From contig MU626432.1 of the NCBI GenBank assembly GCA_025603075.1, forward strand, positions 1 to 39,735: a DNA stretch of 39,735 bases, given 5' to 3'. Position 1 is the first letter of the stretch; each line of letters opens with the position of its first letter. Source of the DNA: Neoconidiobolus thromboides FSU 785. Its lineage: Eukaryota > Fungi > Entomophthoromycota. The notes under the pieces were generated by a model that searched no databases, had not been told where the DNA came from, and saw only the letters and a program-made list of their open reading frames with translations. Position numbers and translations under genes: made by a program. Below, one piece after another: positions 1-13,460 of the stretch.

Positions 1-752
1 TATTTATATAATTATATAATCATATAGTTATATATTATATATCTATTAAATATTTAACAGAAATAATGTAAAACATATAGTTAGGAAAATGAGCTATTAA
101 GAAAATGAAATAATTAAAATAAAATTTAAATAAAGAGATTTAATTTGGGCTTTTTAGATTTAACCGTCACATTAGACACAAATTTAAAAGTCTAAATTTT
201 GGATTAACTTCCAAGTAAATTTTAGAATCAATTTGGACAACCCCATATAACAAAGTAAAACCAGTATTATAAAAACATGCAGTTCAGTGCTATCTATTTT
301 ATAAATTTTAGCAAGTTTTAAAATTTAACTAACCGGTTTATACTAAATAGGTTTTGAGACCTATCTTTAAAGGTTTTTAGACAATAACTAATCCTTAAGT
401 TAAAAAATAAGTTTAAACTTATGATAAAAAATCCAGTTTTTTTTTGTATTTTTAAATACTTTGACTTTTAAAAGTTCAATTCTCAAAACTTTTTATACTA
501 TCATGTTAAAATTTATATCAAAATTATATAAGGTTTGAATACCACAAAGTTTTTAGCATTTGGTAAAAGATTCATAAAAGGTTATAGTTATAAATAAACA
601 TAATATTTATAATGATTTTTCAATTATGATCATAGAAATTTATTATAAATTTTAATTAAATTCTGTAATTGAACAGTTTTTTAAGTATAGTGTTTATTCA
701 ATCAATCATTTTTATTATTCTATAAGCTGCTCTATTTTAAAATTTACCATCT

Positions 753-2702
753 TTAACTTAAAACTGTTTTAGTTCTAATTGATCGTTTAATACGTTCCGA
801 CAAAGATCTATCTTTTTTACCAACTAATGCGGTGACAATACCACTTTTACCAGCACGAGCAGTTCGACCGCATCTATGTAAGAAATCAACTACCGAAGTC
901 GGAAAGTCATATAATATTACATGATTTACTGAAGTAGTATCAAGGCCACGTGAAGCTATATCAGTGCACAAAAGTATTTTGGGATTTTTATCTATTGTGG
1001 TATCAGTTTCAGGATCAGTTTCAGTTTCACGAGTAGAACTCGAAAAAGCATATGAACTAGATACTGTTGGTGAGCTTGGATAAAGAAATTGTTGAATCTC
1101 TTTCTCAGTTGCTGGTGGAGTATTAGGAAAAGGGTCCTTACCATAAAGTGATATACTTGGTATTTTTCTATCCATCAAAAAAGTTTGTGCGATTGAGACT
1201 GATTTACGAGTATTGCAAAATATTATGATTCTATCCCTTGATTTTTGTTGAGCAGTGCTCGAGGTTCTTTGATCAAACTGCCTCAAAATATCCAAAAGCG
1301 CCAACTGTCTATTACCCTGATAATCTTTCAAATCAACGAAGTGTTGCTTACAGTTTGGAAGGGCTTTATGCAAAGAAGGAGTGGTAATTTTAAGTATATT
1401 AGGGAAAAGCTTATCAAGGGTTTGAAGGACTAATTTAGGTAAAGTTGCAGAGACTATTTGAATTTGGTAACTTCTTTTTAATTTCTCATTGGTCTTCTTA
1501 ACTCCATCTATAATATCTTTAACATCACCAGCAAACCCTTTTTCAAACATAGTATCTGCTTCATCAATTGCCATTTGCGTCACTTCAGATAAAGATAAAT
1601 TTCCAGTAAGTAGATAACGTTTTAATGATGCTGGGGTAGTTACCAAAATATCAAATGGTGTATTCAATCTACGCAAAAAATCCTTTCTTACTGTTGATCT
1701 GGTTAGCAAAACTGCACGAAATTTTACTAAATGAGATATTTTTTTTGAAACTGCATATACCTGTTCTGCTAAGGCACAGCTCGGTACAAGCACTATTGCC
1801 CTTGGCCTGTTTAGTTTACGTAAATCAGTGGTGCTTAGAAGTCTAAGCTCTTGACTATTCAGAACATCTTTGCTATCCATTTCCATATTATTCAGTAAAA
1901 CATCGTTTCCTTCTTCAGATTTGAGTTTAGAAATTATTGGTAGTAAATAAGCTAAAGTCTTTCCAGAACCGGTTTCAGCTGCTAAGAGAATATGGGATTT
2001 ATTGTTTTTCAAAAGCTCTGGGACGGCTAGTGCTTGAATCTCAGTAGGCTTCAATTTGGTTGGCTCAATATTTGGAAATAGCTTTTGAATGCTTTCTAAT
2101 AGCTGAGGATGAAGCCCTAAATCTTCAAAATTTAATTCTTTTATTCTCTTCTCTAAGGACTCTATAGTTTCGGTTTCTGCCATATCAAATTTCGTAACTT
2201 TAACTTGATTACTATTCCCTATTTCCTTAACTTTAGGTTTATCTCTACGATTGCGCTCCCGTTCTTTAAACTTTTTCTTTGCGCTAATAGTCTCATAGGT
2301 TAGATTTAAGTTTGGTTTTAGCCCTTTTTTAATATCCGAGGGTAGAGATTCCAGTTTAAATCTGGTTGGAATAAAACCTCGAGTTTTTTTTGAAACTGGT
2401 TTCGCTGTGAATCTTTTACTCTTTTCCTGTTTAACTAACATTCTTCTACGTTCATTTCCTGTCAATCCGTCAGGCCTTTTATGCTTCAAAAGGGATGAAT
2501 AACTTACTTTCGATCTACTTCTTTCATTTAATTGTGTTGAAGTATAAAAAGTATTATAGAGGTTGAGTGCTGGGATGCTATTTTCTTTTCTTATAGAAGA
2601 GTCATAAAGTTTACTTTTTCCTATAAAATTAATAGAATTTAAACCATTTTTTTTAAGGATACTGCTTCTAGATACTATTAATTTAATACGACTAAAAATC
2701 AT
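753..2702 (-). CDS. MRH4: Mitochondrial DEAD-box RNA helicase (Mrh4/DDX28-like), intronless, 649 aa
   Basis: Q-motif FEDLGL..PTEIQ, I AETGSGKT, Ia PSCALAEQ, Ib TPASL, II DEAD, III SAT, IV IIFCNTRK, V TDIASRGLD, VI HRCGRTAR. The N-terminus is R/S/K-rich with almost no acidic residues, like a mitochondrial presequence. The DEAD-box call is certain; orthology to MRH4 is inferred. Confidence 0.85.
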   Translation of the reverse strand: MIFSRIKLIVSRSSILKKNGLNSINFIGKSKLYDSSIRKENSIPALNLYNTFYTSTQLNERSRSKVSYSSLLKHKRPDGLTGNERRRMLVKQEKSKRFTAKPVSKKTRGFIPTRFKLESLPSDIKKGLKPNLNLTYETISAKKKFKERERNRRDKPKVKEIGNSNQVKVTKFDMAETETIESLEKRIKELNFEDLGLHPQLLESIQKLFPNIEPTKLKPTEIQALAVPELLKNNKSHILLAAETGSGKTLAYLLPIISKLKSEEGNDVLLNNMEMDSKDVLNSQELRLLSTTDLRKLNRPRAIVLVPSCALAEQVYAVSKKISHLVKFRAVLLTRSTVRKDFLRRLNTPFDILVTTPASLKRYLLTGNLSLSEVTQMAIDEADTMFEKGFAGDVKDIIDGVKKTNEKLKRSYQIQIVSATLPKLVLQTLDKLFPNILKITTPSLHKALPNCKQHFVDLKDYQGNRQLALLDILRQFDQRTSSTAQQKSRDRIIIFCNTRKSVSIAQTFLMDRKIPSISLYGKDPFPNTPPATEKEIQQFLYPSSPTVSSSYAFSSSTRETETDPETDTTIDKNPKILLCTDIASRGLDTTSVNHVILYDFPTSVVDFLHRCGRTARAGKSGIVTALVGKKDRSLSERIKRSIRTKTVLS

Positions 2703-3144
2703 TTATACACTTTAAAAAACAAAAATATTAAAAAATAACTTTTGTATAAGTATATAATTGGAAATTCTTAGCTTCGAATTTACCCAATCATTTTTAGGAA
2801 TATAATCCTTTAACTTCAAATTCGATAGTATAATAATAATTCAATTATTATTTTATACTTTAAAGATGAACAGTGTGGTTAAAATACAAAAAAGCGTATA
2901 TTTATCTATACATTATATATGGTATTGATATGATCGCTCTAAAACATACAAGCTTTATTTTGATATTAAGTTGTGACAATCAAATTCTGAGATACTACTT
3001 AATATTATCTTATAAAAGTAGTTTGAAAAATAATTATCACAATTTAATTTAGATTTTAACATATTTACTCTAATAAACAAGCTATATGATTGTAAGTATA
3101 ATATATTTAAGTGCCTTTTTATTAATATATTTATTAAATTTAAA

Positions 3145-5283
3145 TTAAGTCTCCTTGTTGATATCCACTGATTTACAGTTTTTACTACTTTGAGTTGATT
3201 CTTTTGATTCCAGAAAGTCAATTTTGCGTTTATTATATTGTACAATAGAAAGTTGTCTATCATCATTATTTTCTTGAAGCACATCTAGTTCTCCGCCACT
3301 CATCTTACTCCTTTCCTTTATTTCTTTTACTTCTTCATAGTACTTATCAATATTTAAAATAATTTCACTATCCAAAGATATTTCAGAATCTGGATGCTCG
3401 TCTTTTCTATATTTATCGATCTGGTCATACTCATTACATGGATCTAAACACAAAAGAGGGTTTGATTGCATTTTTGGTGCAGGTAAAAATCCATCTCTAT
3501 TTTTCGATGCAATAGCAACTTCTTTAGCATCAAATAAAATCGCCTTTGTTGATTTTTTGTTATCCGGCAGTTTGAAAGGCGATGGGGGCGTAAGCAAACA
3601 ATAATCTTTTATTGGTGTTATATCTAACAAGGTATCTATATTATTATTAAGATCTTCTAATTCTCTTTCATTCTCACTTAAAGAGACATCATCTGAATTA
3701 TCACTTGTAACATAAGTGTCTAAATTCTCATTTTCAGATTGTAGTGCTTCAAAGCTCTCATTTTCATCTTCTTCATTACTATCACTCCTTCCTTGTGATG
3801 AGAATTGATTGGTGTTTTCACGGATATATAAATCTCTGCCATTATAAGTATCTGTGCTTTTATTGTTGTACTGATTTAAGGGTATAGTGTAATCGCTTTG
3901 AGATATAAAATCAGTATTTAAATATTCTTTTCCGTTAGATGCCTTTGGTTTTGACTTAATAGTTGCTTCTGCAGTATTAGATTGTGAAGTAGTATTGAAC
4001 TGCGCAAATTTTGGAGATCCGATGATACGAGATAAAATTGTTCTGGGCGTTGCTGTTGAATCTAATGATTTTTCATCCAAATCTCCATTTTCAGAGGTAA
4101 AGTTAAAGTTTTTATCCATAGTACTATTCCCAACGTTGTCGAGGTTGTAATTACTATCATTAGTTGATTTTAATAATTCGCTATCTATTAGTTCCTGATT
4201 TTTTGGCTCTAATATTATTTTTTTCTTGATTTCTAATTCCACTTGATCTTTACTAACTTGGGGGGTTATTGGGTTGAAATTTCTATGTGAATTACTATAA
4301 GGTTGATCAGAGGTAAAAGTGTTTGATGAATCCTTATGGCTTTGATTTTTACTCCTATCATTCGTCAGATGTGCCTCAGCATCATTTTTAGTCTTTACTT
4401 CTATTGTAAAATTGTCACTTTTTGATGTAAATTTCTTTTGTATATTTGATTGATTGTCAAACCCGGGAAGAAGACATTCAATGTTTTTTATTGTTGGAAA
4501 ACCATTCGGAAATAAAGCTGAATATTTACTAGGGATGAAAGGAAACTCACGTTTAAAATCATTGACTTTTAATTTCATTTTCTTTGGCATGGAAATGACC
4601 AAATTCTTCCCCAGATAAGGGTTGCGTTTTAAAAAGCAAAAAGATGCGAGCTGACTAATTTTACAAGCATCAAAATAAGTGCAATGAACTCCATAAATCA
4701 GAGATGATTCTATAATGTTTTCATGATATACTAAAATAGAAGAATCAAAATAGCAAATTGCAAGTTCAAGGAGTTTCAAACCCGAATATTCAGCGAATGG
4801 GTGGTTCCTTTGAATGATTTCACAAAACAAAGGTATTAAATTGCTTGAAGGGCAAATGATAGATATCATTACAACACAATCGAAGGCCTTTTTTCTTACG
4901 CTTAGACAATAATTATCTAAACAACACAGTATCTTTGGAACGTAAAAAGGTATTAATGGATTGAAATCTTCTTTAAGGACCAACAATACATCCATAAACA
5001 CTTGAATCAAAAGCGCTAACTGAGACATTTCGCCATGTTCAAACTAAAAATGTTAGAGTCATAAAATAAAACATAGTAGATAAAAACTTACAACTAAGCT
5101 CAATGAATCATAAATCTGCTGTAAATAATAAATAAATTCTAAAGGGTGTTTTTTAGCGACTTCAACCAATTCTATTAATTTAAATAAAGATGTTTTCAAG
5201 TATATACTGTTATTGCATATTAAATCTTTTCTAAAATTGTTTTTAATTCCTTCTATTAACTTTTGTAAGTCTTTTAATGACAT
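3145..5283 (-). CDS. Divergent CLASP_N/TOG (HEAT-repeat) protein, STU1/CLASP-like, with a long disordered tail; 2 exons
   Basis: Exon 1 (MSLKDLQ..DSLSLV) joins the 627-aa ORF through a 48-nt GTAAGT..TTTTAG intron (5044-5091), giving ..DSLSLV|FEHGEMSQLA. Helical segments (FNPLIPFYVPKIL..SVRKKAFDCV..LKLLELAI..IIESSLIYG..RNPYLGKNLVISMPKKMK) follow the CLASP_N pattern as recalled. The C-terminal ~450 aa are S/N/E/D-rich. Confidence 0.6.
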
Positions 5284-6572
5284 TTTGAAAAATAACATTG
5301 CATAAAAGTACAATTTAACTTTTAAATTTGATCTTTACTAAATTCTGATTGGGCAGCAATAGCCTACAAAAAAAACAATTAAAAAACAAGTTACAAAAAA
5401 TGTAACTATTTCGATTCTATTGAGACTTAATTAACCGTTCATTTAGAGATAAAATTTAACTAGAACTATAATTTAATATAATAACAAAGTTTAGAGAAGC
5501 AGTTAAATAAGAATTCTGTTATAAGGCCGTTGCTAATTAGATCACAATAAAATTGCAACAGGATATACAAAAAGACAAAAGGTTAATTTAAATCTGACTG
5601 AACTTAAATTATGAAATAAATTTGATTAGTTTATTATTCAAATTAACTCAAATGAAAATAATTAAGGTTGAAACTCAAAACTTTTTTACAAAAGCTCATA
5701 ATTATAAAAATAATTCAAATGTAAAAAATTATATTAAAACCAATTAATTACAAAGCAAATATTGGTATAAATCTTAGCTTACTCTTTATTTATACTTCAT
5801 TATTATAAAAGTTTTAATATTGTTTTTACATTATTCTGGCTTATATAAAAAGTAAGTTTCGATTTTGATTATTTTACATCTAAGTCAATTTAAGTAATAA
5901 ATTAATTGAATTTTTGAAATATAAAAAATTAGTTTTGAAATTCATTTAATATAAAGCTATTTAAACTTTAAAACATTGGAAAATTATAAAATGATTAGCT
6001 TAAAGTTGTATTTTTATGTTTATCTTTTATTTTATCATATTATTAGGTAAATTTTAATACTAAATATAAACTAATATAATGAGTATTTTTTAATATTATA
6101 AAATTATTCAAAAAAACACAATTCATAATATTTTAGCATTTTATTTTTATACTTTTATAATGATTTTGCTAACAAAATATAATTTATTCCAAAATTTTAG
6201 CTCTAACCTTCTCAAAAAGAATTTATATTAATGAAACTACAATAATTGGGTCTTTAAAATAAAAAAAGGCTTAAAGTTTCAGGTTAAAGTTAATTATAAA
6301 AAACAATTGACTATCAGCTCGAACTTTTAAAGCCAAAACTTATGATATTGTAGATTAAAATGAGTACCAAAAAACAATTTCAAGCTGTAAGAAATAACTA
6401 TGGTTTGGCTAATATCCGTTGTATCCTTGAAGAGCCAATATCCTCTCAGAACCTTTCGTGACTCCTATATTAAATCCAGTTCTTACTAAGCAAAATCAAA
6501 TATTTACGCACTATTTAAATTTTTACTCAGCTTTTTGTTTACCTATTTTGCAATTAAAACAAAATAAAAAAA

Positions 6573-9500
6573 GTGGTGAGAACAAAAAGACAAACTTCTC
6601 CTTCACATCAACAAAAAACCAGTAATATAGATAGTGATAGCGATATGGAGGGAAAAATAAATGATATATCTCCCAAGAAGTCAAGCTCTAAAAGAAGCTC
6701 AAATATTTTTGACTTGAGTACAACGGAATTTAACATCGGATCATCCACTTTAAACAATAGTAATGGAGGCAATGCTGGCAGTTTTAACCTTGAAACATCT
6801 ACTTCAAATGGTAACACCAGAAGCAATTATCACGAATTTACTATTATACCATCCACTTTAAATAATAACAATGTCCAAAGCAATGTTGTTGATTCTAATA
6901 AGAATAATGATCCTGAAATTATATATAAAGACAACAAAATTAAAAAAAGGGGTTTATCTGAATCTAATTCAACAGCACTAAATGATGCAAATGCCTCAAT
7001 CAATGGATCAAGCATCGATATTAGAAGCTTTAATAAGAGAAGGATAGAAGACAGCTTTAAAAAAGATTCTAGCTTAAAATCAGATATCATAAAGGGTGAA
7101 GAAAAAGAGTTTACTAAGACATCACATGTTTCAATAAAGTCTGAGAATGATTATTTAGGGTTTAGAAACAACATCTTAAACCCTTATGGTAATGCTAAAT
7201 CTAAATTTAACACTGATTCGAATGAATCGAATGGGGATAAGACATACTTTATAGAAACAAAGGAAGACGGTAATGTAGCAGATTATTTTAAGGATTTTTC
7301 AAACATAAACAATCAAAGTACAAGTTTTCAAAAGGAAATATTAGTTAAGGAGGAGCAAGAATCTAAGTCTATAAGCGGCGGAATTTATAAAAATGTAGCA
7401 CAAAAATATTTTGGATCTCAGTTAAATAGTCAAGGTTCTATCAAAGCAGAATCTGATTTACAATCGCTAAACAGTCTAGAAAGTGCGGGAAAAAATGATG
7501 TAGATTTGAACAAAAGGGCAGATTTTGATGCTAACAAACCTCTTAAAGGTCTTGATCAAATAATAAGAAATTACAGTGGCGACATTTTTGATCAATCAAA
7601 ATTTGAAGGCATTAAAAATTCAATAGAAAAGGACTGTAGTTCTGTTGAAATCCATGGAGCCCAATTTTTAAATAAAGAGGAACTCGGACTTAGAGCGCCT
7701 TCTGGGTTTGGGGAAATCAAAACATTGAAGATTTACAAAGATGAAGTTAAAGGAGATAATCGTACTAACTTCAATGACATTACTAATGTCATCATCAACA
7801 ATGATAACCAGCCAATGGCCCAGTCGTTTGATTTCCTTAAGGAATTGACAAAAAATGGAAGCTTTGAAGATCAATTAGCTGGACTTATTAGAGTTCCAAA
7901 AGAACATAGATATGAGGTATTTAACTATTGTAACCTTTCTCTAATATACTTATAGCAATTAGAGCTTAAAAATAAACCAAGATAAAAAGGGCGCGGTCAA
8001 TAATCTATTCAACAAAGTATTTTTTAAACATAGCACTAGTCTAAAAATTAATTAGCATTTAGGATACAGAATTTGAAGAAAACAAGAAATCAAATTTATT
8101 TGATCTTGACCCCCTTCGTCTTGCAAAAGATCCATTTACTGTTCACACAATCCGAGCATTTCTTAACAGTAATAATAAGAACTTCGAAGACCCAAATAGT
8201 ATATTCTCATTCAAAAATGACAGTAATTTAAATGAAAGGTCAAGAAACGCGAAAGATGACGTAATTGGTTTATGTTTGATTTATTAATCAATTTACTAAT
8301 TTTATTTGACAGGAAAAATATACTAAATATGATTTGATTAAAGACATGAGAAATGAAAGCTATTCCAAGTATTATCCAGTAATAAAAGAGTTCATCCACA
8401 AGATTAGCAAATATGAGAGCTTTAATCCTGTTATTGAATTTGAAAAAGCATTCAAATCAATCAATCTTAAATCAGTACGTTTTATATGATAATTTATATG
8501 CAGTGGTTAACCTTGTTTTAGGATAAACATATTGGGGAAACATGGAAGATACTATCATATTTAACAACAGAGCGTTATGATTCTTCAGATTCATCTAAAA
8601 TTAAACAAGTTTCGAAGTTAAAATTCTCAAGAGAGTATCAAGCTGCTACTGTTGAAGACCATCAGTCGCTTATGAGTATACAATCAAGAATGAATCTTAA
8701 TCAAGCCTCTTTAGCTTATCTTCATTCGGAGTAAGCCCTTGATCATAAATATACTGCATTTATTTACTTTTTATAGCTTTATTGAATTGATCAAAGAGTT
8801 TGTAAATCAAAAGATAATATATTGTGAACTTGGAGGAAATCCTACCATCAATGATTTTATTAAAGCATTCATCAAACTTAAGTTCAGAACCTTAAAAATG
8901 AGAAGCGGAGGTTATGAAGTTTATGTAACTTTTATTTAATCAAATGATTTTATATTAAAATATTTTAGGAATCCCCAAAAACATATTTCTGGACACATCT
9001 TTACTATTTATTTAGATGTGGATTGTATAAGGATTGTAGTGATTATTGCTATATGAGTGCCTCTTTAAACTTTAATGAATCAGAAAAATATATATTGGAA
9101 TGTTTTATAACTTTTTTGAATCGTGATGATAAATTGTAATTTAATGTTAAAAAATATAAGCTTGTCATTAATATTTTGTAGTCTTCCTAATAGTTTTAGA
9201 ATAAAACTACAAGATATTTACAACACTGTTGAGAAGGTCTCGGACCCTTATAAATATACAATTTGTAAAATCATTGGGAGATTCGATATTAGAGATGTTT
9301 ATGTACCTGAAGTTACTGAAACATTTTATGACTTTTTGTGGGCTAAAGTAAGAAAAATATATCCAAACACAAAATATCTAATAGTAATAAAATTTTAGTT
9401 TAACATATTCCAAGAAGATTTAAAATTAACTCCGCTTAAAGAGAATCAGCATATGTTAAGTGATATTCAAAATGAAATCCACAATGAAGGTGCTGAGAAT

Positions 9501-10829
9501 ATAATCTCTGGTAGATGCTCCCCTATTGAGTATGTAAACATTCTATTACTTACTCACCAATTCGAAGCAGCTATAGCATACTTGTTAACTGATTCGCAAT
9601 TCCATTCTGAAGCATTGCATATCTTTACTTCTTTATGCTATTACGGGCTAATTCGTGTTTCGGATTTAACAGATCCAGTGGGATGGGAGTATGGTAAGTA
9701 TTCTTTTTTTGGCAAATCAAGTAGTTAATTTTTTTAGTTACTTTGAATTCAACTGTCAGTGATCAACCAGTATATCCTAAACTTAATGCTGGTCTTGTGT
9801 ATAGTCGCACATTGCCCTGGTTTACGAATTATAGAGTAGAAGAAATATTTGATTATTTGTTTCTTTATACTTTAATTCCATCAAAAGAGTACAAAGATTG
9901 TCTTTTAAACCGTGTTGTTAATGTATGTATTGCAACAGATGGGTTTTATGATGTATTTGGAAGACCAGCTGAAGCTGAAAATCCATATAAATTCAAGGTA
10001 CTTAATCCTATAATTTTAAAACCACTTTATAACATTTAAATTAGCAGGGAGTGATAGAAAAATATAGCAATGTCTTTGAGAATGAAAAGGAATATAAATC
10101 CTTCAGACAAAATGCTTTACGTCAAATGTTGAACTATTTTATTAATGAGAATGACTTGGAAAAAGCTTTTTACTGCACTTGTATGGTTGAAGTAAGCTTC
10201 ATTTATTCTTTTATGTATTGTTTAATATAATGTATTAGGGGTTTGAATACTACGTTACCTATTTAAACAGTAGTATTTGTAGGGCTTTAGAAGGTTACTT
10301 TCAAATAGACTTTAATCCAAAGAATCCAAATTCATACTCAAAAATTGATGAAGTTAAAGCCTATTATCAAGCTTTAAAGAAAATCCATGAATTAGGCGTA
10401 GGAGGTCATAGCCGTATCTCTGAAAGGACTTCAATGTATTCGCTTCAACTATCCAAAATTGCTGATTTTGCCATTGCCACTGATTTAGGAGATACTGAGT
10501 TGATTAGAGATACTATAGTTACTTTACCATTTATGCCGTATAGCTTAAGTAATCTCGATCAGATTGTTTCTTATGTTAACTTGGTAGAAATATTACCCGA
10601 TCACCTTGTTAATTTATTCCATATTACTTTATTTTGTATCCCTATCGCTTTAGTAAAATTTAAGCTTATCCCGCTCAAACCACAAGATGGTAGAGAATTA
10701 ACTATCCATGAGAATATCTTGCTTTGGGTTAATCTTATCAATGAAAAATATTTGAAAGACACTAAGTATCGTTATAATGATTTTGGCCTCCCAGATATCT
10801 CTGATCTTACTTTTACCTCCTTTTTATAA
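6573..10829 (+). CDS. NIC96: Nucleoporin Nic96/Nup93 homolog, multi-exon (about ten or more short introns), with a long low-complexity N-terminal extension; start uncertain (GTG 6573 or ATG 6645)
   Basis: Spliced exons give Nic96 hallmarks: ELGGNPTINDFIKAFIKLK, FWTHLYYLFRCG, DPYKYTICKIIGRFD..FYDFLWAK, ILLLTHQFEAAIAYL..EALHI..YYGLI. Canonical GT..AG introns link the ORF fragments at 8739, 9123, 9453, 9743 and 10434. Confidence 0.85.
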
Positions 10830-11179
10830 AGAGGAATATTATCATACAACTATATTAAATTGTATTGCAATTATATCTCATTTTCATGTTAGTATAATAG
10901 TTTTAAATAAACGCAGATTAAAATGATTAAAATGATGTATTAATCTATTACTATGTATTACTATGTACTAATAATATTGATTGTATACTGTATTAGCTTT
11001 TTGAAAGTAAATTATGTCATATCATACCAAATTGGTAAATTAAATTAAAATAAAGTATAATTAAACAAAGCGGGATAATTTAGAAATAAGCTTTGAATGA
11101 ACAACAGAAAAAGTTGTTATTTCTTGGCAACTTTTTTAAAATAAAATAATTTAATTTAATAGAAACAATAGCAATCGTA

Positions 11180-12055
11180 ATGAACCAAATATCTGATACT
11201 ACAACGCCTACTAATTTATTAGTCCCAAGTGAAAAACAAAAATTGACTTTAATCATCATTGGAGTTTATATCATTGCTATTTTAATTTTATGGAACATTC
11301 CATATCTAAAGCTAATTTTATATCCTTTCAAATTGGTTACAGTTGCTTTTCACGAGCTATCTCATGCTGCTGCAGGTTTATGTACAGGTGCAAAAATTAT
11401 ATCAATAGAAGTAGATCCAGATGAAGGTGGTGTAACAAAAATGGTAGGTCATTTTAATTATAAAAGATTTATACTAATGATAGTTGAACAGAGAGGTGGA
11501 AATTCTTTTTGTACTTTACCTGCAGGTATTAGTTTTTAAATTTATTTATATATGTTGAATTCTTTTTTAGGTTACTTAGGTTCATCTTTAATTGGGGCAT
11601 TTATGATATTTACAGGCTTTAATATCCTAGCATCTAAAGTTATGTCTATAATAATTGGTATATGTCTATTGTTATGTTTATTCTGGGCAAGAAATTGGCT
11701 ATTAAGAGGATTAACTTTATTATTTGTTGGATTGATAGTAATTTTGTGGGTATTTGACCAAGGGGATGGGTTAAGATATTTTGTATTATTTATGGGGTAA
11801 GGCTATTTATTCTAAAAATTTATGGAATATTAATCTCAGCTTAGAGTAATGAGCTGTTGCTATTCCCTTTGGGATATTATTGAAGATCTGGTTTTTAGAA
11901 AAGTAAATGAGAGTGACGCTACTAGGTTTGCGAAGTTGTTTAGGTGTTGTCCTGCACAAGGATGTGGTCTTTTATGGTTTATTATTTCCTTAGTTTTTCT
12001 TGCTGGCGGAATACTTGCTGGCCTCGTTGCGTTTAAAGACCCAGCGGCACAATAA
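11180..12055 (+). CDS. Peptidase M50B-like membrane metalloprotease, 4 exons
   Basis: HELSH (HExxH) follows a TM helix; DPDEGGVTKM|RGG..TLPAG|YLGSS; YSLWDIIEDLVFRKVNESDA. Multiple hydrophobic segments and three short introns. Confidence 0.9.
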
Positions 12056-12500
12056 TAATAATGACAATCTTATCATAATTAAATATAAACATTAATATTC
12101 AACTTTTTGGGCTGGTTATTAGAATTTAGACTACGACGTTTTATAGTATATGTCATTCATTTTGTTTTTATAATCTCCCATTTGATTAAAAGAGTAATAC
12201 TATGTATCAACAATAAGTTTATAGTAATTTTGATTGAAAGTTAGCTTATTTATATTACAAAGTCTCTTAATAAATCCTCTGAAAATCATCGTTTATGCTT
12301 CAAAAGGCCAGCTGTACTAAAAAAGATCCAATGTAGAATATGAAAATATTACTAAAAAACACTAAATTTACATATTAAATCTTAACATGTTAATTGGTAG
12401 AGGATTTTTGATTTAAAAAGTTATATAATTACATGACAGATTATTATTTAATGTGATTAACTATTTCTATCTAAGTTTAAAAAAGTTACTGTTTATTTTC

Positions 12501-12912
12501 TTAAGGCATATAAACTGTAGGTTGTACATAACGTTTGGTGTTATAAACACTTTCCCCTACTTTCCAGCCTGGAACATCTTTCATTATCTCTGCCTCACGA
12601 GCCAAAGAAGCTTGTTGACGACGATATAAGTCACGGTCTTCTTCAGCAGTTAATAATGGTACAAGGTGAATTCTAGCCCAAGTTTTTTCACGATGTAACT
12701 CCCTAAATAAAATTAATACTTTTAATTTAAAAATTTAAAACTTTTTACATTCTTTCACGCTTTCCTTGATATACTTTATAAAAACCATAAAAGGACAATG
12801 CAAATATACTTCCAAAGATTACTGCGCCTGAAGGACCTCGGCTCGGAATACTTCTTCTATATCTAACGAAATCATACCCTCCTTTTGGTGCTGTATCTTG
12901 TTTTCCTTCCAT
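12501..12912 (-). CDS. NDUFA13: NADH:ubiquinone oxidoreductase subunit NDUFA13 (GRIM-19/B16.6), 2 exons; absent from the ORF track
   Basis: Hand translation: MEGKQDTAPKGGYDFVRYRRSIPSRGPSGAVIFG..YGFYKV.. then a 46-nt intron (12703-12748), then ELHREKTWARIHLVPLLTAEEDRDLYRRQQASLAREAEIMKDVPGWKVGESVYNT. Confidence 0.95.
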
Positions 12913-13460
12913 TTTACTTTTTTTAATTAAAAATAGTTTTATCGAAATCTATTGATTTGATTGATTATCTGCAAAATTTAAATGGAATTTTATGCTAATT
13001 TTAATGGGAATTTAGGAATTTATTATAAGTTTAAAAATTATATAAGATTTAACATTTGAAGATGTATTTTTATATTTAAGAAATTTTACTAGTAAAATTT
13101 CTACTAAAATAGCGTTTAAAGATGAAAAAAACAATAAAGTCAAAAAAATACCCATACATTTTTTTCTACATAAAATAATAAAGCATTAAGTTTTCGTACA
13201 GTTGTCTATTAAGGATTTTATAATGTCTATTACACTGTTTTGATTTATAAATACTAGAATATGATGTAAGCACCTTCATCCTTCTTTTATAACTTAATTA
13301 TTGTTATTAGGATATATTATAGCAGAATACTAATATGTCAGTTAGACAACTGTACGTAATTTATAAGTAAATATTTGAGTACCGATCTTAAGTCAAAATA
13401 ATAACAGTTATCATAAAATAGGATTTTTTATTCGTTTCCCATAAAAGTTAGATATAGTAC

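Noticed and set aside
1245-1846. Plus-strand ORFs 1245..1433 and 1655..1846
   Set aside because: Antisense shadows of the helicase with no recognisable features.
2955-3284. 109-aa minus-strand ORF
   Set aside because: Alternative frame overlapping the CLASP-like gene's end and its AT-rich 3' UTR, with I/N/K/L/F-biased composition typical of spurious ORFs.
6608-8399. Minus-strand ORFs 6608, 6830, 7668, 8211
   Set aside because: Antisense shadows of NIC96 exons.
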